DNA of 64,000 nt from the human T2T-CHM13v2.0 reference genome, Homo sapiens, in assembly GCF_009914755.1 (NCBI RefSeq), contig NC_060929.1. One strand, written 5' to 3'. Each line of letters opens with the position of its first letter. The first letter of the stretch is position 1. Shown one piece after another: positions 45,851 through 60,819 of the stretch. Both the position numbers and the translations under genes were made by a program. The notes beneath the pieces were generated by a model that had not been told where the DNA came from, ran no database searches, and was given only the letters and a program-made list of their open reading frames with translations.

Positions 45851-46319
45851 TTAGTTTTTAACACTGAAAAATCAGGAGATTTCATAGAATGCCTTGAAAA
45901 ATCAGAGGACCTCGTAGCACACAGCTGGCATCACAATGCTAAATGGGACTTGCACTCACAGGTCTCCTAGGGCCCCGCCACTTCCTGCTGTGCTGACCTG
46001 GCCACTGCGCTCATTTCCTAACTGCATAGCCCTGGAGGGATGTGAGCCCGGATTCTAGTCCAACCCCTGATTGGACAGATGGAGAAACTGAGACCTGGGT
46101 AGGCCACGCTGCTTATTCAAGGTCACACAGTGATATAGCTGTGAGTGGAATCCGCGTTTTGGACTCCCACTGCCCTGTGGCTCTTTCCACAGGTATTTAA
46201 GCTAATCATCAGCATTTTAATCTTAAGGGCAGTGTAACCCTGCGTTTATGACAGGCTTTGTGCTGAATTTGATTAATGTGCACTTTGAGGACATCTCCAG
46301 TTTCCTTTGGGAAAACACC

Positions 46320-47232
<913 letters not shown>

Positions 47233-47754
47233 TCACACTATACCAATGTTTTAAAATACATTATCTCATTTTACTCTTATAGTAAGACAGTGATGTGGGC
47301 AGCTATAATTATTTCTAGTTTACAGGGGACTCGATGGGAGGTTAGAGAGATCACTCACCCAAGGATACTCAGATTGTGAGTGGATGGCCTGGGGTTTCCA
47401 CTTCAAGGCTGGCTCCTGTGCCCCAGCTCCCTGGGACATCACAGGAAATGCTTTTCAGTTTCCCAAGGACCGTAAACATATCTTTCCTCCCCATCCTCAA
47501 AGTATTCCAGACTTTGGAAGTGTGGAAAAGTTGGAATATATGGGTGTTGGAATACATTTAAAAAATCCCACCATTCACAAATAACCCACACCAATTTTAA
47601 CTTAATTCTAGATTTTCAGTGCAGTTTTTTAATACATGAAAGGTTATATAAAAGGAATCAAATATCAGTATGTACAATGTCATATTCTGCATTCTCATTT
47701 AAAATGATGTCAAAAGAATGAGGAATAGTCTCTTTTAAACAATTAATTAATTAA

Positions 47755-47890
47755 TCAATTTTTGTAAAGACAGGGGTTTCACTATGTTGTCCAGGCTAGT
47801 CTCAAACTTCTGGGCTCAAGTGATCCAGTGATCCTCTTGCCTTGGCCTCCCAAAGTGCTGGTATTACAGGCGTGAAGCCACCGCGTCCAG
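47755..47890 (-). mobile_element. FLAM/Alu left monomer
   Basis: Single arm with small agtgatcc duplication. Confidence 0.8.
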
Positions 47891-48186
47891 GACTGTCTTG
47901 AAGGTACTTTCGCCTGAGTTAGAGGGAAGAGGCACGCTGAGGCTTTGGGGTAGACTTAGAGCTGGCCCCGGCTTGTACAGGATGTGGCCCGGCAGCCACC
48001 AGGTGATGAAGGGAAGCCTTCCACGTCTATTTCCTCCACCGACAGAGCGGGCTGTAGTGGAGTTAGTGTAAGGGCGAGTCCCGTAGAGACCTGGCCGTCC
48101 GTGTGAAGAGGTCTTCAAACCCGTTTGGCGTGAGGATTCCCCTGCCTTTGCCCGCTTGATAAAAAACGCGCGGTGTTCTCTCTCCA

Positions 48187-48205
48187 TGGCCGCCAGGTGG
48201 CGATG
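48187..48205 (+). promoter_or_regulatory. CTCF binding motif in a CpG-retaining patch (~48040-48270)
   Basis: TGGCCGCCAGGTGGCGATG, close to consensus TGGCCACCAGGGGGCGCTA. Confidence 0.75.
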
Positions 48206-49560
48206 TGGAATAGGAAACGAATCGCTGCTCAGTGCGTGAAAGGCGAAATAAAGGGAGAGCAAAGCGGAGATTTTTAGAGAAAAGAAGGAAGCAAGCTGAA
48301 AATGCACAGCCACTAAGGGTGTGTGCACCATGCAGAGTGAGGAGGGAGGGCGAGAGCCCGGCAGAAGTAGACACACACTGGGGGAGAAAGATACAGCAGC
48401 AAGGAGCCAATGAACACAGTGTCATTAAAAACCTCCTATGAGAGGAGGTTTTCCTGTGAGTTCTGGGGCCACAGGGATCAGGTTTGGATGAGGTTCAGGC
48501 ACTTACCGGTGATGCGATTGTGGCAAGTTGCTTTGCTTCTGAGCGTCAGGCCTCTTGTCTGTAGAATGGACCGTTCCTCGGGGCTGCAGGGCAGATGGGA
48601 AACGGAGAAAGGGGGCTCTTGTCCTACGGGCTCACTCTGCCTGCTGGGAAGGTGCAGTAAGCTCACGATTCTCCCTGTGCCCGTTGGCACTGTCATCTTC
48701 CTCCGAGCCCTCTCTGGGTGCCTTGTTCGTAGAAAGCTTCCAATACTGTATTGGTTGCATTGGATCAGTTGAGCGGGTGTACTCTACAGAACATGATCAG
48801 AGGTTTCGAGTTGTGAGCTAGACAGTAGCTACTACAGGCTATCAGATAAGGGGGCCAGGAGGGCTTCCTGGAGTAGGTGGGGCTTGAGCCGGTCTGAGAA
48901 ATCAGGCGGTAACTGAGTAGGGAGATTAGGATCTCGGCATTCTAGGTTCAGGGGACAACGTGAACAAAGGCCTGGATGTAGGAAGGGATGTGGTGTGTGT
49001 ACAGGATTTGCTCCTGGTGCTGGGTGAGTGAATCAGAGCAGTCTGGGGAGGAGGACGCTTCGTGGGAAGCCCTAAAATCCCAGCCAGAGTGCTCGAACTT
49101 GCCCTGGCAGATGTGGTCTTCTGGGTAGCCAAGTCCAGGATGCCTGTCCCTGGGGCAGCCACCAAATCAAGCCTGTCCTGGTTCCAAATGCTCCTGCCTT
49201 GGCCAACTCTGAAGGCTGAGATCCTGGAGGAGCTTGCTGTCTGCTGAGGCACCTGCCAGGTACAAAGGATGTCGGGGTGGGCAAGTGGGCTCAGGTGCCA
49301 AGCTGAAGGATGTCAGTGTGGCCATTGAGACCTGGATGCTCCCAGGCCTCTGGAGGTTCATGGTCTCTGGGATGTCTGAATCCTCATCTGCAAGGATAGG
49401 TTAGGACAGGGAGTGTCTGAAAGGTTCAGAGGGATTGCTCTCGACCAACACACTCTCTGTCCCTCTCCTCCATCAGCTGCCTTGGTGAAGTGGGAATGAA
49501 TACAGCTGGCCCCCTCCTTGTGGGTGGGGGGGGGGGTGAGGAGCCAAGAAGTAGGGCCAT

Positions 49561-49730
49561 GGGGGAGGGGGGAGGGATAGCATTAGGAGAGATACCTAAT
49601 GTTAAATGAAGAGTTAATGGGTGCAGCACACCAACATGGCACATGTATACATATGTAACAAACCTGCACGTTGTGCACATGTACCCTAAAACTTAAAGTA
49701 TAATAAAAAAAAAGAAAAGAAAAGAAAAAA
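49561..49730 (+). mobile_element. L1PA4-like extreme 3' fragment
   Basis: ggagggatagcattaggaga..gtaccctaaaacttaaagtataat plus tail; TSD aagaa[g/a]tagggccatggg. Confidence 0.9.
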
Positions 49731-50034
49731 GAAATAGGGCCATGGGCACCTCATTGGGTGAGCACTAGGTCTCATGAACCACAGAACCCCAGGACTAGGG
49801 ATGAACTAGGCAATCCGTGTGTTCTTGTTAAAGGCAGCTCCCCAGATCCTAGCTACGGAGTTGCTAGCTAGAGGCTCATTGTAAGGACCTCAGTCCTAAT
49901 ACAAAGACCTCAGTGCTTATAATGTAAGTGGTCACTGGGCTGTGCTTGGAACAAGACCCTTGACTTTATCCTTGTGTTTGGTAAAGGTAACCCACTCCAC
50001 TGCTTGGCTTGGCACTCATCTCCCGGGAAGGGGA

Positions 50035-50240
50035 GCTGACATTTATTGGGCATCTATTTTCTGCCAAGAACACATACATTATCTCATTTAATCCTTTCCA
50101 AGCCCTATGAGTTAGGTATTATTCTCCCCATTTTACAGCTGAAATGGGGCTCAGAGAGGTTAAACCTCTTGCCAAAAGTCACACAGATCATAAGTGGCAG
50201 AGGCAGAATTCTAACCCAGGCCTGTTTTAGAGCTCCATAG
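50035..50240 (-). mobile_element. MIR
   Basis: ccccattttacagctgaaatggggctcagagaggttaaa. Confidence 0.8.
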
Positions 50241-50529
50241 GCATTCACCCATTCAATCAGATGCCAACACTTGCATCCCAGTCTGATTTTCCAGCTGCTG
50301 TCTGTGGCTATAGCTTTTTCCATTTCCTTGTCTGATTTCTGGCTGTCCATTTCCATGCTGCTCATCCACACAGGGCAGATGCTCGGGCAATTTTGCAAGA
50401 AGGTGCCGAAGAGACGAGAAAGCAGAGAGATAAAGGAGTGACAAAATGGAATTTCAGGTTGTGAGTCATCTCTCTTAAATTTGTGGATTTTGAGATGTTT
50501 TGCTGAAGACATCTTTTCATCCCCAAAGC

Positions 50530-50790
50530 CTAATAATAATAATCACAACAATATTGATACAGCGGCTATCATCACTGAGTGATTTTTATGTGCTAGCCAC
50601 CGAGATCATGCAACCCTCTCGACATCCTATGACATAGAAACTATTATCTTTATTTTACAGGTGGCAAAACTGAGGGCCAGAAAAATGACTTGCCCGTAGT
50701 TACATAGCTAGTAATTTACACAGCTAATAGTAAGCTAGTATTTGAATCCAGCCATGGGGCCCCAAAACATAGGTGCTGAGCTGCTGTGTT
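50530..50790 (-). mobile_element. MIR
   Basis: attttacaggtggcaaaactgagggccag..gacttgccc. Confidence 0.7.
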
Positions 50791-53314
50791 CCTGCCTCCC
50801 AGCAAGCTGCACTGCCACTCTGATGAGGGATTCAGACTCAGGAAAGGCCAGGGATATGCCAGAGTTCTGCTGCAAGGGGAGGACCTGGGGGCGGAGAACT
50901 AGAGGCCTTTGAAGCATTGCCTCTGGGTTTCCAAGCCAGGAGGCCCCTAGGGTAGCAGGTGGAGCAGGGCAGCCCCTGCTGCTTGTCAAGGACGGCAGTG
51001 CCCCTTGCTCACATCTGTGCCACCCACCGCGCCCCCCCCATGGTCAGCACTAATGAGTGTGCACTGAGGACATGACCGAATGGGTAATGTACCCAGCGGA
51101 GGGTATCTGAAGGGTGGGGACACATGCATCCACTCCAGCTTTCTCTGGACTCTGACCTGCCCCTACATTTTCTCCCAGGGGGAACTCTGGCCAGAGGCTG
51201 TCCTGCAGCAAACGCGTGGTGCACAGAAGGGGGCCATTTCCACTGCAGCGACTGCATCACCTCCCCAACCCGAGCCTCTCTTGGGCAGTGGGTCCTGGGG
51301 TCACACGGGCCGCCAGTGCGCCTTCCTTGCTCTGGCCCATCTCTGCTTTGTTCAGAGTCAGGTTCTGTGGAGGAAGGCTGCGCATGCAGCCCCAGCCCCT
51401 CCTCAGGGCCCGTGGTCCCCGAGCTGCTGATGCTGGGGCCCACCAGTACCTCCCTCCCCTCCCCTCACCAGGAATCGCCCTTGGACTCCAGGAACACCTC
51501 ACCCAAGGTCACGCCCCACCTCCAGTGGGCTGGCCTGTGGCTGCTGACTCCTGATGCCCTTGGGACTACTCTGCAGGATCACCATGTTCAGCTCTCCTTG
51601 TAGGACCAGCGGCGGCCTCACTTACTATGGCACAGTGGGCCGGCTTCTCCGCTGCCCACTCCCGCCTGGTCATTCCGTGCAGGGGCATCTCCTGACTGCT
51701 CTTCGCAACAAACCTTGCAATTTTCTGTCTTGAATCTGTTTCCTGTGAAGCCCATCGAAGACCACTGCCTTCTCGGGCAGGCCTCCACTGCCAGCTCCAG
51801 CTGCCTCCCCACCGTGAGTCCCCTGGCCTGGGGACAGATACAGGCTCATTCCCGAGTAGCCTCCGATATTGATTGGCTAACCTGGGATTGCTGGGAGGGA
51901 CTGGTCCCCGCAACTGTAGCACATGGATTGAGGGGAGTTTCCCCTTGTCCCCAAACTGTCGTGCAGTTACCTGAAGACAGAGTGGGCTCCAAGCAGGTAA
52001 AAACAGCAGGAGTGTCTGTCCCGGCTAAAGGCTGCTCCTACGGCTACCAGCTCCCCAGCACCTCTGCCTGCCCCATGCACAGGCCTTGGGAAAGCCTCCA
52101 GGGAGAGAGGCACAGGTGTGTGTCCCAGCACGGAGTGTGCTGGTGTGAGGGTGGGGCACGGCCATGGCAGCGTCTGCTACACAGAGGTTGCGGGTGAGTG
52201 AAGGACAGAGGACTGGCTTCTGCAGGTGCTCATAATAATATTAAAAACTAGCATTGAAACTGCTCCTGAGATTTTGCAAAGTACTCTCAAATACATTATT
52301 TTTGTTCCTTTTGGAAACCCTGTGAGAAATAGTTATTTCAACTTTCCAAACAAGGAAATGAGACTTGCCAAGGACCCCCAGTCCAGGAGTGACAGACACC
52401 CGGCATTGTCCGCTCTCCCTGCTCTCTTGCGAGCCCACAGGCCCAGCCTCCCTTCGCAGCCCTATTGTCTGTAGAACTGCTGTTCCTCTGGGTTGCAGGG
52501 AGGATTAGAAAAGGAGAAAGGGGGCTCTTTTCAGCTGGAGAACTCTCATTGCGTGCTGGAAGGTCTGGGAGGCATTCTCGGTGAGAAGACTCTTGCGAAG
52601 GCAGAGATGACGGGAAGGGCGTGAGAGGGTTTTTGGGATGGCTGCTCTTCTGAAATCGGTGGCCGCTCTTTCTTCCCTGTGACCGTCCCTCCCTGGATTC
52701 CCACCCGGCTTCCTGGCCATAACTGCTGCTGTCATCATTATGTGGCCCTTTCCAGGAACAGTGGGTCGGGCTGTCCTGATGTTTTTCTGAATTCAAAGAA
52801 TTTCACAAATCTCTCAGAACTCAGGGATGGCCCCAGCCGGGCCCTAGAGCCTTGCCGAGGAGGTCTCCCGTCCCTGATGAGCTGTTGGATTCCATGGGTC
52901 ATTTCTCTGCCCCTTCTCTTCCCTTTGCTTCCCTTTCCTGCTCCCGCCCTCCCAGCTTGGCAGTCCCAGCTCCATTCCTGCCTTGATGCTTCCAAACCGG
53001 AGCTGTATTCTTGGGGGCTCTGCACTGGACATTCCCAGGTGGTGCCAGCGCGGATGGAACTCCCTGCTCCCCCAGCCCCTTGGAACCCCATCTCAACCTC
53101 AGCCCCCTGGCTGGCTCCTGGCATCTCCAATTTGTCTCTCAGATCAGGGCTCCAAGAACACGTGGGAATGAATGGCAGGACAGGCCCTCTCTTTAGCCTC
53201 TGCACTTCCCAGGGTACTGAGTGATGCTGAAGGGCCAGCCCCAGGCCGTCTTAAGGTGGAAACAAGGCAAAGGGAAACTGAAGTGAGAAACAAATGGAAG
53301 ACGTAGAGAAAAGA

Positions 53315-53530
53315 ATACTAGTAGCTACTATTTGCTAAGTGCCCTGTGCCGGTTAACTTACATAACTTATCATGCTTAATCTCTATAGCAGCCATCCGCA
53401 GTAGGTATCATGACCCCCATCTACAGATGAGGAAACAGAAGTTCATGGAGGGGTAATGACTTGCCCAAGGCCCTACAGCTAGTCAGCGGCAAAGCTGGGT
53501 AACCCTGAGCTCCATCTGGATCCCGGAACT
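53315..53530 (-). mobile_element. MIR
   Basis: acagatgaggaaacagaag..gacttgcccaagg. Confidence 0.8.
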
Positions 53531-53586
53531 CCCTTTGCTTTCCCTTTCCTCCCTCCCTTCCGTCTGTCTTGCTCCGAGCGCCACTC

Positions 53587-53838
53587 TGATTGCAGTGGTG
53601 CAATCATAGCTACTGTAACCTCTAACTCCTGGGCTCAAGTGATCCTGCGGCCTCAGCCTCCGGAGTAGCCGAGACTACAGGCGCGTGCCACCACACCCAG
53701 CTAATTAAAATGTTTTTCGTAGAGACAGGGTCTCTGTGCTATGTTGCCCAGGCTTGTCTTGAATTCCTGGCCTCAAGTGATCTTCCCGCCTTGGCCTCCC
53801 AAAGTGCTGGGATTACAGGTGTGACCCACCTCGCCCGG
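53587..53838 (-). mobile_element. AluJ lacking tail end
   Basis: Alu dimer body. Confidence 0.85.
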
Positions 53839-53899
53839 CATGACTTCCTTTTCTATTTCCAGCCCAGGCCTCCCAAGTTCAAGACCCTTGTATCAGGCC

Positions 53900-54278
53900 C
53901 CCTAATGAGGCCCAGGTCTGCCCAGTCAGTGTATTCCCTGTCCCTGACCACAGTGATAGTGACACAAACAGGGCCAATGAGGACCCTTGGGAGGAGAAGC
54001 TCCTTTTTCCCCAGGATTGCCCGTGAGAAGGAGGCTGGGAGCCTGCAGCCTCGGCAATGCCACGCGGCATCTTAGAATGAAGCGGGCACAGAGGGAGGCA
54101 GAGCTGAGACACTGAGAAGAGGAGGTGGAGGCCTCATGGTCCTGTCTGAGCCTGGGTCCAGCTATGCCTGAAACTTGGACCCTGACCTTTTTAGTCGAGT
54201 GAACCAATAAATCCTCCTTGTTGGCTTAAGCCAGTGTGAATTCGGTGGCTGCTACTGGTAACTGAAGTCATCTAATAC
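53900..54278 (+). mobile_element. LTR16-like ERVL fragment
   Basis: gggccaatgag..ccagctatgcctgaa..gaaccaataaatcctcc..cttaagccag. Confidence 0.6.
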
Positions 54279-54904
54279 AATGGCCAGGACTCACTCTATT
54301 TCTGTTTAAATGATTTTGCTGGATCTGGCTTTCTGAAGCCCCTTCCACACACAGGCCTTATGGTCAGCCTTGCTTCCTGGAAGGCTCAGAACCTTATATT
54401 CAGTTGTATTCATCCCAGCATAGAGCATAGAAGGTGCGTTGACTAGATTTTAAAAATTTCTACTGTGTATTTTTTTTTTTTTAATAAATAACTTTTGAGT
54501 TCTAGACTAACAGCTGGGATCCACCTCTCTGTTGCCTCTTCTGACCTCGTTGCATGTTTAATTCTCTTCAAGCCACTCCCCAGACTGTGGACTCTCTTTG
54601 TCACTGTGGCCCTCATTGCCTTTATAAGTGTGCACAGAACTCAGCGTGGCAGCTGCGAGTTCTCAGAGGCGCCCCTTCCTGTGGTGCTCTCAGGCACAGT
54701 GTAGGAGGCCAGGCCCAGTGTTCTGGGGACACTGTGGCCTGTCCTGCTTCCGTTCCTTGGCCAGCTTCTGGTCACCTTCAAGAGATGCTTAGCAGCCATT
54801 AAGGCCATCAGCTGATGGCTCAACCCTCTGGCTTTCTACTCTACCCAGCAGCAGGTATAGACAGAGAACTGACCACACACGCTTAGCTAGACCCTCATTC
54901 CTCA

Positions 54905-55440
54905 GTTCTTTTTCTCTTTCTCTCTTTCTTTGTCTTTCTTTCTTTCTTTCCTTCTTTCTTTCTTTCTTTCTTTTTCTTTCTCTCTCTTTCTCCTTCCTTC
55001 CTTCTCTCCTTTCTTTCCTTCCTTCCTTTCTTTCTCTCTCTTTTTCTTTCTTTCTTTCTTTCTTTCTCTCTCTTTCTCCTTCCTTCCTTCTCTCCTTTCT
55101 TTCCTTCCTTCCTTTCTTTCTTTTCTTTCTTTCTTTCTTTCTTTCTTTCTTTCCTTCTTTCTTTCTCTCTCTTTCTTTTCTTCCTTTCCTTTCTTTTCTT
55201 CCTTTCCTTTCCTTTCCTCTCCTCTCCTCCGCTCCCCTCCCCTCCCCTCCCCTCTCCCCTCCCGTCCCCTCCCCTCCCCTCCTCTCCCTTCCCCTCCCTT
55301 CCCCCCTCCCCTCCCCTCTCCTCCCCTCCCCTTCCCTTTCCTCCCCTCCCCTCCCCTCTCCTCCCCTCCCCTCCCCTCTCCTCCCCTCCCCTCCCGTCCT
55401 CTCCCCTCCCCTCTCCTCCCCTCTCCTCTCCTTTCCTTTC
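54905..55440. repeat. ~535-bp polypyrimidine tract: (CTTT)n/(CCTT)n grading into (CCCCT)n, the expanded tail of a FLAM (55443-55553, minus)
   Basis: Almost purine-free plus strand directly abutting an Alu monomer. Confidence 0.9.
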
Positions 55441-56825
55441 TGTCAGGGTCTCACTCTGTTGCCCAGACTAGTCTTGAACTCCTGGCCTCAAATGGTCCCC
55501 CTGCCTCAGCCTCCCTAAGTGCTAGGATTACAGGTGAGAGCCACCACGCTCAACTCTCAGTTCTCTTTCCTAAAGTGGGTCTGGGAGTCTAGAAAATTCT
55601 CTGTAAAAGGATTGGCTTGATTTTGGACTGCTGTTTGACCCAGTGGAGCTGGAACGGAGAAGCTGGTACCCCATCACAGGCTTGTTTGCTTTTCTAAAAT
55701 TGCCCCTTTCAGCCCCATTTTGCCAACAGGAAAACCGAGGCAGAAACCAAAAAAAATGACCTGCCTGAAATCCTGAGAGTCTGACCTTTTGACTGTGAGT
55801 CCTACCCTGAGCATTTCTGCAGCACGAAATTCTTTCTGCTGCTCTACGTGGTCTCTTTCCTTCCAAGCAAGGGGGAAACACAGCTGTTGGAGCTTTGGGG
55901 GAGGATGTCATGCTCATTAGGACCCCCGCCCCGCCCAGGCAATGGCTCAATGGGATGAACTCCTGACCCTCGGGCCTGCTGCAGGAAGTGTGACGTACGG
56001 ACTCTGGCTGGATTCAGGGGGCTGTGGGAGAGGCAGACAAGCAGGATTGAACTCTTGAGCCCAGGAGGTTAAAAATATGTAGGGGAATGGCAGGGCTAGA
56101 AGTGTGGATGGCTTCGCTTAGTTCCCGGAGGAATGGGCTTTGCCGGAATGATGTGTGAGCATCCGTGTGCTGGCTGCTGGGAGGGTCTGGGTGGGATTTG
56201 GTGGCCCTCAGAGGCTGCAGGTGTGGACGCTTGGCCTCCATGTCACTCTCAGACACCTTCAGGTCTCCCTGCAGGGCTGGGAGATTGTCTCAGCTGGGAG
56301 TCTTGGCTACACCAGGAGGTGGGCGGCAAAGGGCGGGAGGCTAGAACCTGTCCCTGTGCTGGGAGCCCCAGGCTCTCCTGTGGAACCCGTGGGGAGGCAG
56401 GGAGCTTGGCACCTTTGTACATGTGCCTTGTGGCGGGGGTGGGGGGTATTAGACAGAGCAGTGGGCCCCAGATCCAGAAACTGTTGAGGTGAAGGGTGCC
56501 CACCCTCCCTCCACATTCTGCCAAGTGCTTGTTGAACCCTGCTGAGTTTTGTTGCCCAGTGATCAATTCCCCTTTCTCTTTTGGCAACCTCGTCTTGATT
56601 TTCTTTTGAAGGAAATCTGAAACCCTGTGATTAGGGTGGGGCTGGCCCTCAGATCCATGGCTGGAGGCTAGACTGTGACTCAGCCTGGCCAATCAGAGCA
56701 CTGTGCCCCTCTGGCCACAAGGATGAGTGTGTGTCCCAAGCTAGACCAGTGAAGCATATATCACTCAGGACAGGCCGAGTTAAGCTGCAGTAACAAATCA
56801 TCCTGCTAATATCTCTTTACAACAA

Positions 56826-56827
<2 letters not shown>

Positions 56828-56861
<34 letters not shown>

Positions 56862-56874
56862 ATGCGTGTGTGTG
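56828..56874. repeat. (TG)n microsatellite within LTR16/MLT1-like fragments (~56540-57220)
   Basis: ~15 uninterrupted GT units, then degenerate. Confidence 0.9.
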
Positions 56875-59574
56875 TTTTAAATGCCCCCTCAACTACTGAA
56901 AAAGAGAAGCTCCCTCTCCGTACTGGCATTGCAAATCTGTGCATTTAACTCGGGGGGCTACCTGGCAGGGAGTCTGCCTGGGAATGAAGCTATCACAGAA
57001 GAAAGCCGAATGGAGAGAAGTGGATTCCTGATGTTATCATTTGAGCACCTGGAACCGGCCATGCCTGTTTCCCATTACCTGGGGCAATATAGTCTCCTCT
57101 ATTTTTTCCTTTATTTATTCCTCCTTCCCTCTTGTTTTCCTCCTTCCATCCTTTTTCTTTTTTCTTTTTCTTAAACTGCTTTGAATTAGATTGCTATTGC
57201 TTACAACCAAAATAAGTCTAATCTATTAACCCAAACTCTATTTTTTTCCCAGTAGCTGGTTCAGAACTGGCCTCCTCCATGCAACCTCCCTAGATCAGTG
57301 CCCTCTCTTACAGATTCACTTATCCTTTTCAACGCTCCCTCAGGACTGGTAATTGTTATTTGCATGGTATCATTTTGTGCTTATTTGTATATTGTTATTT
57401 GGTGGTATTGTTCTTTTATGTCCTTAACTAGATATTTTCAAGTCAAGTAAAAAAAAAAACCAACAAAGATATTTACTGAACTCTTCTGGTTATGTGACAG
57501 TGTGCTGGAGGATGGGGTGGAGTGAGAGTAAGTCATTTAAACACAATAATAGAAGGCTGGGCCTTCTATTATTATAAGTGGCTCACCCCCTGTAATCATA
57601 GCACTTTGGGAGGCCGAAGTGGGAGGATTGCTTGAACCCAGGAGCTTGAGACCAGCCTGGGCAACATAAAATTAAACATCTGGGGAACACCTTAAAAAAA
57701 AACTTTTTAAAATAGAAGATTTAAATTGGGTCAGAGATAAAACTCATGCATTGGGAAGGTTCATTCAAGCTGGAGGAGTCTGGGAAGGGGTCAAGGAGGA
57801 GCGGGGATTAGTTCTAGGGGCTGTAGGAGGGTGACAGTCCTGGACTGAAGGTCACCTGCTTGGCTCTGATGATTTGGAGAAAGATTTCCCTCAGTAAGAA
57901 AACAGGGGGAGGGGCAAAGCAGTTGCTGCTGAGCAAATTGCCTCCGTGGTGCCCGGTCAGTCTTCATAGTCCCCTAACATTTGAAGCTGCCTCAACTGCA
58001 GACTCTGGCATCAGTTCTGTGACCAGCCAGGAGTGTGAGTGTGAACATTTCCTCTAATGTCTCTCTGGCTGAGTCAACACTACGGTTGTCACCTCACTGT
58101 GACCTACAGCCCCAGCAGGCCCCTCTCCTGTCTTGTTTCTCAGTGACCCTGCCATGACTCAGCTCTACCCGGATTCTTCACTTGAAACCTGATTCCATCT
58201 GGGGGTGGGGGGTCCTGCCGTGATCCGAGTCTTTGCAGGTGCTGAGCGCTGTCCAGGAACCTCCAGCTAGGTCCCTGTTGCCAGGCCGTGCACATTTCTG
58301 CTCTGCCCTTCACCTATTTCTGTCTGCCTGGCTCTCCCTAATCTGCCTGCCCCTTTTGGTTGGACCATCTGAGCTCCGGGCTTTGGCTGGTCCTCATGCA
58401 TTCATTGCATCCAGACAGGCATGGCTAGGATGGGTTCTGGGGACAGTAAACTCCTTCTGCCCTCTGCCAATTTGCCTCCTTCTCTCCAAGAACCACAGTG
58501 TCTCTCCAGCACCTTCCATGACACGTGGGGTGCGGCGAGAGGCAATGACCGTCCCAAGGTCACTTGGAGGTTCTGCAGTTTTATTCAGAAATGTTAGTGT
58601 AGCATTCTGAGGTTCTCAGATGGTACTCAGGGGGCAAATATTGTTAGAGCAGTGCAGAACGACTTTCCCTTCTGGTTTTGGAGGAATCGGAAGGGAAAAA
58701 CTTGGAATTCTATATGCTCCAGCTCGTGGCCTCGTCTTGACAAAAGCCCTTTGAGGATTGAAATAACTGCACCTCCCGGCTAGCACCAGCAGCACTTTCT
58801 CTTTGTCTGGAAACTGCTGTGCTGGTGTTTGCAGAAGGGGATCCTCCCTGCTAACTGTGTACTCTTTCAGCCCTGCAGAAGGCCGACTTCCTAGGAAACA
58901 GGACTGCTCATTCCACCGGGCCTCCCTGTTGTGTATCTTGTCTTCAAATGAATCATTGCTTCTCGTGACTTATTGACAGGCCTGATTTGGCCCTGCAGAG
59001 AACCCAAAAGCTGCGGGTGGCAGACCCCTCGGAGGACAGGAACCTGGACTTAGTCTTTGGATTCCTGAGGTTAAGCCTAAGACCCTCCAGTTACAACCTG
59101 GGGGAAGTTGCTTTACCTCTGAGAGTCTGTTTCTTGATCTGTAAAGTAGGAATAACCATTTCCACCTTACTGGGGGGCATCGTGAGACAATATTTTTTTA
59201 AACACTGGTCTAAATGTGGAAGGCCAGAAAGAGTTGAGCATTTGAGGCTATCAGCAAGGATGCTGACATGGAGTTATTTGGCCCCATAGTGACAGTGTGC
59301 ACCTAATGCCTTCGTTCTGCCAGGCCAGCTTCTTAGTCTTCCTCCTAGAGCTCCTCTTTTGGTTCCTGGACTGTGCTGGGGGGCCGGGGTGGTGGTCCTG
59401 ATCTCATCAGGCATCCCTACTATCTGCCCAGGTGTGTGCTTTAGGACCAATGCACCCTGCCCAAGTACTCTTCACTTTGTCTATTGGCAGCTCATGCTAT
59501 TTCTTTTTGTTTACATTTTACATTTTATCAAAGTAATACGTATAGATAGTTGACAACTTTAAATACAAGTCTTA

Positions 59575-60330
<756 letters not shown>

Positions 60331-60819
60331 TTTTGCTAAAACTGATTCTAGCAGAACCAAATTACAAGTAGCTGTACAGTTTCCCACCACTGAATCCCAC
60401 TCCCAGAGACAATCACTTGCTGCCCTTGAGCTGTTTCTTCTAGTATTTCCCTCCAGATGGCTGAACAACACAGCTCTGCTGCTATGTCTTGTTTATGTGT
60501 TTATTTTATTTTAGATGTTATCTATTGACATCTTCCTACAAAATATTGGGATTCAGCTCTCTGTTCACCCCCAATCCTCTGCTACTGCCCCAAACACTGT
60601 CCTTCTGCTCATCCTCCCAGTGCAGATGACTGGCTGAATCCACATATAGTGCATTTGTCCCTTATTACACCCGTGTGAATATTGTTCACATCTGAGCTAA
60701 GTCCCTATGCAGGGAGCGTTTTAAGGATGACATTTTGTTTTTGAAAATAACTCTTTACTTTGCATGGAATTAATAATGTATCTTTTGGGATGTGTCTAGT
60801 TCTCTTTTCTTTCAGTACT

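Noticed and set aside
50735-53224. Cluster of overlapping 110-180-aa ORFs in GC-rich DNA
   Set aside because: On both strands, with no domain similarity or consistent exon structure; expected at this GC content
54930-55592. 220-aa Phe/Leu/Ser/Pro ORF
   Set aside because: Polypyrimidine repeat plus Alu; no stop codons possible in pure C/T sequence
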